Virus record (IMG/VR): IMGVR_UViG_3300002307_000027
Location: 51,970 to 115,969 of that record
Source of the DNA: a virus
Length of the DNA: 64,000 nucleotides
Reading direction: 5' to 3' (one strand)
Positions 18,633 to 24,800 of the stretch are shown piece by piece (the first letter of the stretch is position 1; each line of letters begins with the position of its first letter). The notes beneath the pieces were generated by a model, which was given only the letters and a program-made list of their open reading frames with translations, was not told the DNA's origin and made no database searches. A program made the translations under genes and the position numbers.

Positions 18633-18810
18633 GAATTCGGTGTGGTTACTGGTGACTCCTTGTGGAACCTTCAGAGATTGTGGCAGAATGGCACTGCCGG
18701 TGCAGCACCTACGGAGATGGTAGGAAAGCAGATGAGCAATCATCCAACAGAACAAATGCCAGATATTGGAAGAGTGGTAGGAGTTTAACTCCTACCACGA
18801 CGGCCAATTC
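18633..18810 (+). ncRNA. Candidate ~180-nt multi-stem RNA
   Basis: At least four hairpins, one with a GCAA tetraloop; ends pair as GAATT/AATTC; no RBS-led ORF. Confidence 0.5.
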
Positions 18811-18881
18811 TCTAATGGAGTTAGTTGACAAGCCAACTAGATGTGCTATTATATAAACATAAGCAAACACAGGAGCGCAAG

Positions 18882-19064
18882 ATGCAGGTACAGGGAACAT
18901 TCTGCTTTATCGTTGGGCTGCTGCTCGCGATCGTGGGCGTGGCGGGTGTAGAGCAGAGCCTCACAGACGCGAGTCTGATCACAGGGTTCGTAGTCAGCTT
19001 GGTAGGCTGCGGCGTGCTGGGGTGCGGGGTGCTGATGCTGAATACAGAGACCACCTACGGTTGA
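18882..19064 (+). CDS. Small membrane protein
   Basis: Promoter 18825 plus AGGAG; stop inside the -35 box at 19061. Confidence 0.75.
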   Translation: MQVQGTFCFIVGLLLAIVGVAGVEQSLTDASLITGFVVSLVGCGVLGCGVLMLNTETTYG

Positions 19065-19115
19065 CAGCAGATACAGGCATGCTATTATACGAGTATAGGC
19101 AACGAGGAGCAGAAC

Positions 19116-19298
19116 ATGGGCATCGTAACGAACGCTAAGAAGCTGAACGCTAACATTGCCGCGATGATCGAGGACTACATTGCCGCGAAGGGTGTTACAC
19201 GGGCAGAAGACGTCGCGACTGCTAAAGGCACGAAGCTTCCTAAGACGAAACATGCGGGCAAGGCTTCTTACGGTATGAAGAATAGACGATATGCCTAG
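19116..19298 (+). CDS. Hypothetical basic protein
   Basis: Promoter 19061 plus GAGGAG. Confidence 0.8.
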   Translation: MGIVTNAKKLNANIAAMIEDYIAAKGVTRAEDVATAKGTKLPKTKHAGKASYGMKNRRYA

Positions 19299-19355
19299 GT
19301 TGACGTGCTAAGAGCAGATGCTATTATATACAAGTAGGCAATGAGGAGCAAGACA

Positions 19356-19517
19356 ATGACTGTAGCAGAGCTGATAGCGATACTGTCTCGTTTAGATCCT
19401 GAGCTGCCCGTAGAGATAGCGATGCGGATGGAGTATCAAGAGCCTGTGACTGAGCGTATGGTCACTGTCGAGGAGTATGACGGTAGGCGCTATGTCTGCA
19501 TCAACGACTGCCCTTGA
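19356..19517 (+). CDS. Hypothetical protein (MTVAELIxxL family)
   Basis: Promoter 19300 plus GAGGAG. Confidence 0.8.
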   Translation: MTVAELIAILSRLDPELPVEIAMRMEYQEPVTERMVTVEEYDGRRYVCINDCP

Positions 19518-19577
19518 CAGGTTGACGTGCTATGTAGCGATGCTATTATATACAAGTAGGCAATGAGGAGCACAAAG

Positions 19578-19778
19578 ATGTATAACGCGATGACAGACAC
19601 TGCGATCCGCAAGGCTCTTAAGATGCTCCGTGCAAACCGTGATGCAGCGTCTGCTACACGAGAAGACCGCTTCGAAGCGCAAGAGATGATCAACGGTATG
19701 ATCGATGAGCTGATCCGCAGGAACAACGATCCCTACACTACGGCAGCAGACATCCGCGCTTTTGAAGAGATGGAGTAA
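19578..19778 (+). CDS. Hypothetical protein
   Basis: Promoter 19522 plus GAGGAG. Confidence 0.8.
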   Translation: MYNAMTDTAIRKALKMLRANRDAASATREDRFEAQEMINGMIDELIRRNNDPYTTAADIRAFEEME

Positions 19779-19845
19779 GAGATGACCTTTGAACCCGAAG
19801 CAGTAGCAGAGTTCCTAGCACGTCTCGCAAAGAAAGGTATCGCAA

Positions 19846-20061
19846 ATGAAGGACTTGGGAACGGTAGTGACGGCAGCGATCGGGCTGTTGGTGATAGCGG
19901 TAGGTTTGAGCTTCTTGCTCAGCTGGCCTGTGATGCAGCTGTGGAACGGTTGCCTAGTCCCAGCGGTACACGGTGTGAATGAGATCGGTTGGCTGCAGGC
20001 TTGGGGCATCAGCTGCCTCTGCTCTATCTTGTTCAAGAGCACTATTTCTAACAGCAAGTGA
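19846..20061 (+). CDS. Small membrane protein (LWN...EIGWLQAWGI)
   Basis: Hydrophobic; common phage membrane-protein motif. Confidence 0.75.
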   Translation: MKDLGTVVTAAIGLLVIAVGLSFLLSWPVMQLWNGCLVPAVHGVNEIGWLQAWGISCLCSILFKSTISNSK

Positions 20062-20113
20062 TTGACAGGTAAATATCTTGTGCTATTATGAAGCATAAGA
20101 TGAGGAGCAGACG

Positions 20114-20416
20114 ATGAAGCGGATACTGACAGCGACACTGGCACTGAGTTTGATGAGTACAGCGGCCCTAGCTGATGGCTACTATCACAGGCAGGGTGGG
20201 GGCTACGGTGGCGGGCACTCGAGGGGCGGTGGCGGTAATTGGGTCGCTCCCCTAGTAGGTGGTCTGATCATAGGTGGTATGCTAGGCACGATGAACAACA
20301 GATACTACCAACCCTACCCTGCTTACCACACAGAGTGCGAGATGGTGCCCGTGTTTGATAGGTACAATCGCTATCTAGGCAGCGACGAACGCTGCTATGC
20401 AGTCCAAAACTATTGA
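20114..20416 (+). CDS. Secreted Gly-rich protein (alphaproteobacterial BA14K-like architecture)
   Basis: Signal peptide, Gly-rich linker, hydrophobic GGLIIGG segment, C-terminal Cys pair. Confidence 0.7.
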   Translation: MKRILTATLALSLMSTAALADGYYHRQGGGYGGGHSRGGGGNWVAPLVGGLIIGGMLGTMNNRYYQPYPAYHTECEMVPVFDRYNRYLGSDERCYAVQNY

Positions 20417-20637
20417 GGTGGGACTTGGACAAGAGCCTAGGTTGGTTAGGTTGTGCGCTGGTCTGCGCTGGTGCGGTCTGTACCAGCTTCCAGATCGATC
20501 CCCTCAATATCCTGTTCCTGAATGCAGGTGCTCTAGTCTACTTGGTATGGAGCATCAGGACTAAGACGTGGAACCAGGTAGTAGTCAACACGGTGCTCAT
20601 AGCGATCTATGCGGCCGGTGCTTTTATAAGGATGTGA
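20413..20637 (+). CDS. Membrane protein
   Basis: Three hydrophobic segments. Confidence 0.65.
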   Translation: MRWDLDKSLGWLGCALVCAGAVCTSFQIDPLNILFLNAGALVYLVWSIRTKTWNQVVVNTVLIAIYAAGAFIRM

Positions 20638-20773
20638 AGATGAAGCGATTCAAGTTCGTTATGGATGACGGTTGTAACATTGATATCATTGCGACAGACT
20701 TCCGATCAGCCTGCTTGGTGTTTGATCAGCTAGGAGAAGACCCTAGACAGATCACAGCGATCGAGGAGAGGTG

Positions 20774-21046
20774 ATGGGACTCATCGGTCTCCTAGTAGCC
20801 TTCTTCGCGTTCGCATTCCTAGCTGAATACTTCCCAGGCATATTCAAGCTGATAGTAATCATGTTCTGCACCTGCCTCGTGGTGCTCATAGTCAACCCAG
20901 CAGCAGGAGCAGGCCTAACACTGATCTGCTTAGCCGTCCTAGCTTCAATCCTGTTCCTAGCAGCCCTGCCCTTCATACTCAGCTATCTAGCAGGGCTAGC
21001 GTTCATCATCCTGCTTTGCATTGGGCTTGGGGAACTGGTCAAATAA
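20774..21046 (+). CDS. Membrane protein
   Basis: GAGGAG RBS; highly hydrophobic. Confidence 0.7.
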   Translation: MGLIGLLVAFFAFAFLAEYFPGIFKLIVIMFCTCLVVLIVNPAAGAGLTLICLAVLASILFLAALPFILSYLAGLAFIILLCIGLGELVK

Positions 21047-21072
21047 AAAAAAAGCAGCACCTAAGTGCTGCT
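21045..21072 (-). terminator. Rho-independent terminator between convergent early units
   Basis: AGCAGCAC-ctaa-GTGCTGCT with an A9 run on + (U tract on -). Confidence 0.85.
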
Positions 21073-21080
21073 CTATAGTG

Positions 21081-21209
21081 TTATGCAATGCTTTCTACGT
21101 CTTCTATAATAGCTGCTATGTTATCTATACAAACACCTATCTCAAACGTACCGTCTAGTGCTTCTAGTGCTGCTAGTGCAGCAGCCAAGTGTGCTAGTAT
21201 CTGTTCCAT
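21081..21209 (-). CDS. Small acidic protein (42 aa)
   Basis: GAGGAG RBS; MEQILAHLAAALAALEALDG... Confidence 0.7.
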   Translation of the reverse strand: MEQILAHLAAALAALEALDGTFEIGVCIDNIAAIIEDVESIA

Positions 21210-21226
21210 AGTACAGCTCCTCTATA

Positions 21227-21478
21227 TTAAGCAAAGCTCTTAACAGCCCGCTTGTTAATGTAACCCACAGCGTTCTCATAGTCATAAAAGCCAACGGGCT
21301 TGTGTCCCATATAGTATACGCAAACACCCGCTAAGTCATCGCACAGTACACCCTTAGGCATCATGTCTGTAAATCGATCCCACAACACGTTCTCCATAGC
21401 ATCGTGGTTTGCTTCTGTAAGCTCGTTGCTGTAGTCCACGTTCTTTTTACGTGAATTAACCCATGTGCATATGTTCAT
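21227..21478 (-). CDS. Hypothetical protein
   Basis: GGAG RBS at 21486-21489. Confidence 0.75.
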   Translation of the reverse strand: MNICTWVNSRKKNVDYSNELTEANHDAMENVLWDRFTDMMPKGVLCDDLAGVCVYYMGHKPVGFYDYENAVGYINKRAVKSFA

Positions 21479-21579
21479 TAGTATGCTCCACTGCTAGTGT
21501 TACTAAAAAGCACAATATAAACACTGCGCTTTTAAGTAACACTAGCGCAACAGTGTGCTGCGCTAGTGTATAGTGTGCG

Positions 21580-21828
21580 TTAAATAGTGTTTTTAGCAAT
21601 AAAAGCTTTAATAACAGCTTGCGCTTGCTCATCTGCAAATTCTGCTTGCGTTAACGCAAACTGTGCAGCAGCAAGCTTGTGCATAGCAGCACATTCCATA
21701 AGCTTTACATTAGTGTGCTTGTTACGTGCAAGCACTTTGTAACGTGTAACTAAATCATTTGCAAAGCGCATTTTAACAACGCTGTTAAGTGTGCTAATGC
21801 CAACTACAGTGTAAGTGTTGTTATGCAT
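21580..21828 (-). CDS. Early protein, YC/GR-purged paralogue of 18159-18404
   Basis: GGAG RBS; promoter at 21911-21916; colinear similarity to the paralogue. Confidence 0.85.
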   Translation of the reverse strand: MHNNTYTVVGISTLNSVVKMRFANDLVTRYKVLARNKHTNVKLMECAAMHKLAAAQFALTQAEFADEQAQAVIKAFIAKNTI

Positions 21829-21888
21829 AGTGTTGCTCCGTTTGTTACGCTGCGTTAGTGCAGCTTGCGTTGCGTTGCTTACTTGTAT

Positions 21889-22076
21889 ATAATAGCACAA
21901 GCTGCATGCTTGTCAACAAGCTTACAGCAGTTTTTTGCAGCAAGTGTGCTGTGCTGTAGCGCATAGCGCAGCGCATAGCTATTGCAGCTTGCGCAGTGTG
22001 CGCTTGCAGTGTGCTGTGCGTTATGTGCTTTGCTTAACAACATAACTAACAATAACACGTTATAGCATATTGTCAA
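21889..22076 (-). promoter_or_regulatory. Two tandem minus-strand early promoters (-35 boxes at 21911-21916 and 22071-22076)
   Basis: TTGACA-N16-TATTAT and TTGACA-N16-TATTGT. Confidence 0.85.
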
Positions 22077-22080
22077 TAAC

Positions 22081-22410
22081 ACGTAAAAAAATGTGAATTA
22101 AAAACGCTAACGATTACAAGCACTTAGGGGAGCATGCAAATTATTTTAAAAATAAATTCGTCAATGATATCAAGGGGATAGGCCAGGGGTGGCATGTCTT
22201 TGTTATTGCTAGCTTTTTTGTAGCTAGCGTAGCGTTTTTTCGCCACCCCATAGACTAGAAATCACCTGGTGGAAAGTAAAGTTTACTTATATTAAAAAAA
22301 CTGCGCAACAAGTTTTTGACTTTGCTCTACTAGGTCTCCCCCCGAAAACCCTGTAGCACCTTGGAACCACAGATCAAAAATTTTTGCGCGGCAATTTTTT
22401 TCTTGTGCTA
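22081..22410. other. Non-coding junction: candidate genome terminus, packaging signal or origin
   Basis: A-tracts, two IHF-like repeats and a GGGGTGGC/GCCACCCC inverted repeat at the boundary between early and core regions. Confidence 0.45.
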
Positions 22411-22673
22411 TTAGGCCTAGTCAGCTATACTATAGATATGTTACCAACAGTCATATGGAAACGACCTTCCGCACACGAGTTCTGGGCTATGTTAGCGGGG
22501 CTGGTGTTCACTATACTGTTAGTCTGGGGAGTATACACCTATGCGATGGGATGATTGGGATCATATGCTAGCACTAGAACGTGAGATAACCTATCTACGC
22601 TCACTCCTACAGCCAACAGATACGGGTCATATATACACTGCTATAGCTGTGTTAACCGAGCGTGTATCTCAGC

Positions 22674-22895
22674 TTAGGACTTACTTTGATTGCGAGTTTG
22701 AACATACTCACGTAGATCGATGATGTCTTCACGTTCTATGAGGTCTATTATAGTGTTAGTTACAGTCATCTCTACACGTAGCACACTCATTTTAAGCTGT
22801 ATCTTTTCCAGCTCTCTGTGATAGAACGCTAGTTCATCTTCTTTTCGTTTGCGCATATCGTAGAAGTCTTGTATGTCTAGTATTAGCTTGTCCAT
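22674..22895 (-). CDS. Hypothetical coiled-coil protein
   Basis: TTAAATA late-type motif just upstream. Confidence 0.7.
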   Translation of the reverse strand: MDKLILDIQDFYDMRKRKEDELAFYHRELEKIQLKMSVLRVEMTVTNTIIDLIEREDIIDLREYVQTRNQSKS

Positions 22896-22992
22896 ATGAT
22901 ATTTAATCGATGGATTAAAAAATCGCTAAAAAACCGCGCTACCGCTCGGCGGATTCGGGCTCTATCCACACGATGATCTTATAAATAATAAT

Positions 22993-23439
22993 ATGAGAGC
23001 ATATGAGATAACACCACGACATACACAACTAGTAATAAACGAGTCACTGCTTAATGAAGAAAGTTTTTGGGTTACTATATCCAGGCTAATATCCAAAGGT
23101 GGTCCGGAAGCTAAAGCTGCTATAAATGCTGGCGAAGATGTTCTTAAAAGTGCTAAGGCAGCTGAACAAGGTGCAAGTGGAGTTACACAGGGACTTAAGA
23201 ATGTTGGCTCGGCAGTTAAGGATTTTTCTATAGGTGGTGCTGTTGGTTGGACAGCTACACAGCTTAACGATCTAGTTAATTGGGTTAAAAAAATTGCTCC
23301 AGATATATGGAAACATGTAGAAGATGGTACTATACCATTAGCCCTTGTAATAGGAGCATTAGTGCTATACGGTGGAGTTAAACTCATCGACAAGTATACC
23401 GCTCCTGATGCGCAACACACTCCTGCTCCTAGTGCATAA
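22993..23439 (+). CDS. Putative internal virion protein
   Basis: TATAAATA late promoter at 22980-22987; MRAYEI...INE/LNE N-terminus. Confidence 0.75.
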   Translation: MRAYEITPRHTQLVINESLLNEESFWVTISRLISKGGPEAKAAINAGEDVLKSAKAAEQGASGVTQGLKNVGSAVKDFSIGGAVGWTATQLNDLVNWVKKIAPDIWKHVEDGTIPLALVIGALVLYGGVKLIDKYTAPDAQHTPAPSA

Positions 23440-23446
23440 ATAACTA

Positions 23447-23818
23447 ATGCGAGCAACTGAGTTCATTAACGAAAACTTCATACACGACAAGCAGAACGAG
23501 TTCCGTGCTGACACTAAAGCATCTATGCCCAACATGACTATGTTCAGTGATGCTGATAACAGCAGTCCCTACAACGGTTGGCGCTTTGGTATTGCTATGG
23601 CAGGTGCTCCTGATCACAAGATGCCCGCTAAGGGTGCTAGTGGACAGAAGATGGTAGTTGCCCCCTATGCTCCAGAAGAAGATGCTATCATTAAGAGTGC
23701 AGCTGGTATGATCGGTATCAATCCAACAGCTATCAGTGCTGCTGGTAGCCACGAGCTAGCCGATGCCGGCACAGTTAGTCCAGTAGCTAAACGCACTAAA
23801 AATAGGTACGGTGTATAA
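23447..23818 (+). CDS. Putative internal virion protein (paralogue A)
   Basis: ATAAATA upstream; MRATEFINE start. Confidence 0.85.
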   Translation: MRATEFINENFIHDKQNEFRADTKASMPNMTMFSDADNSSPYNGWRFGIAMAGAPDHKMPAKGASGQKMVVAPYAPEEDAIIKSAAGMIGINPTAISAAGSHELADAGTVSPVAKRTKNRYGV

Positions 23819-24174
23819 TGAGAGCTAGAGAGTTTGTTAGTGAAGCTGCAAAGAACACGATACATGACGATCATCTAGATGCTATGCACAACATATCACA
23901 CATACCCACTAAGAACAGTGATGGTTATGGTATGTATAGATTTGGTATAACTATGGCAGGGAGCCCCGGTGATCACGCTAGCCATCCAGATGGTGCCATA
24001 GGAGAAACTCCTATGCTAATGGCCTATAGCAAGGGCGAAGAAGAGATAATCAAACACAGTGCCAAGAGACACGGTGCAGCTGCTCCAAAAGTCACAGGCA
24101 AGAGCGTAGAATCTGGGGATGTACACAAGAACAGCCCAGTACCTAAACGCAAGACTAACCGCTACGGAGTCTAG
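23818..24174 (+). CDS. Putative internal virion protein (paralogue B)
   Basis: MRAREFVSE start; shares RFGIxMAGxP and SPVxKRxxNRYGV with paralogue A. Confidence 0.85.
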   Translation: MRAREFVSEAAKNTIHDDHLDAMHNISHIPTKNSDGYGMYRFGITMAGSPGDHASHPDGAIGETPMLMAYSKGEEEIIKHSAKRHGAAAPKVTGKSVESGDVHKNSPVPKRKTNRYGV

Positions 24175-24286
24175 AGCTATTACATACACGCATAGCAGCA
24201 ATGTGCTGCACTGCACAATATTTCCTTGTTTCCTGAGATAAATAGTTATATAATAAGCTATAACTTACACACACAGGAGAAATGTT

Positions 24287-24457
24287 ATGTTGCTTTCACT
24301 ATTCACTTCACTCAACACCAAGATCGATCAGTACCTACGCTATCGCCGTACTGTACGTGAGCTACAGTTGCTTACCGATCGTGATCTATTTGATCTAGGC
24401 ATCAGCCGTTGCGATATCGACTTTATCGCTAAAGACAGTGTTAAGTTCCGTCCATGA
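24287..24457 (+). CDS. DUF1127 (YjiS-like) small protein
   Basis: RYRRTVRELQLLTDRDLFDLGISRCDI signature; AGGAG RBS; ATAAATA at 24238. Confidence 0.85.
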   Translation: MLLSLFTSLNTKIDQYLRYRRTVRELQLLTDRDLFDLGISRCDIDFIAKDSVKFRP

Positions 24458-24581
24458 TCTACAGATTCTTCAACACCTTATGGAATGCACTGGCAGCAGC
24501 ACAAATGAAACGTGCTGCGAAGTATATGGAATCAAGAGGATTCTAATATGTGGCCTTACACTGAAGATGAGCTAGTCATTA

Positions 24582-24800
24582 TCAATAGCGGCTGCGCCGT
24601 ATTAGGTCGCTAAACTTTAAATCAAACAATAGAGCAACGTTAGCATCTGAGAATTTAACTTCAAAGATGCTAACGATATCTCCTGAGCCCGTGCGCTCGT
24701 ATTCATAAACAAATTCTGTCGTGGGTTGATCTGCTAACCATTCACTGATCTCGTGTTCCATAGCTATAGGAATATCAGTAAACTTATAGGTCCTCTTCAT
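24582..24800 (-). CDS. Hypothetical protein
   Basis: Overlaps the end of the helicase gene. Confidence 0.65.
   Translation of the reverse strand: MKRTYKFTDIPIAMEHEISEWLADQPTTEFVYEYERTGSGDIVSIFEVKFSDANVALLFDLKFSDLIRRSRY

Larger units (their letters stand above)
155..20089 (+). repeat. Dispersed family of 27 plus-strand early promoter-leader(-RBS) repeats, TTGAC(A/G)-N16-(tgc)TATTAT. The -35 boxes start at 155, 655, 1469, 2063, 2929, 3760, 4372, 5536, 6182, 6634, 7186, 7710, 8708, 9896, 10561, 12071, 13533, 16262, 17190, 17981, 18092, 18425, 18825, 19061, 19300, 19522 and 20062
   Basis: Near-consensus sigma70 boxes with an extended -10 TG. TTGACAAGCCACGTAGATATGCTATTAT is identical at 2063, 5536 and 6634. 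Most copies are followed by an A/C-rich leader, GGAG and ATG. Confidence 0.93.

Noticed and set aside
18725-18760. Hammerhead ribozyme or RNase P identity for the 18.6-18.8 kb RNA
   Set aside because: It has CAGATGA rather than CTGATGA, lacks a properly placed GAAA core, and lacks the RNase P GAGGAAAGUCC element
2063-18881. Shared N-terminal peptide MTSHVDMLL... in ORF-track calls at 2063, 3760, 6634, 16262 and 18825
   Set aside because: Artefact of starting at the TTG of the -35 box; the true starts follow the GGAG RBS downstream
155-20089. CRISPR array interpretation of the recurring repeat
   Set aside because: The repeats are degenerate promoters separated by stretches of roughly 0.1-2.7 kb that are mostly ORFs; spacer length is not constant and no cas genes are present
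366-20976. Numerous minus-strand ORFs in the early region and plus-strand ORFs over the core genes
   Set aside because: Antisense shadows of better-supported genes, with no RBS or promoter support
21879-22082. 67-aa minus-strand ORF, and 21456-21638
   Set aside because: They run through promoter boxes and have no RBS; they stay open partly because TGA is excluded by the GA purge
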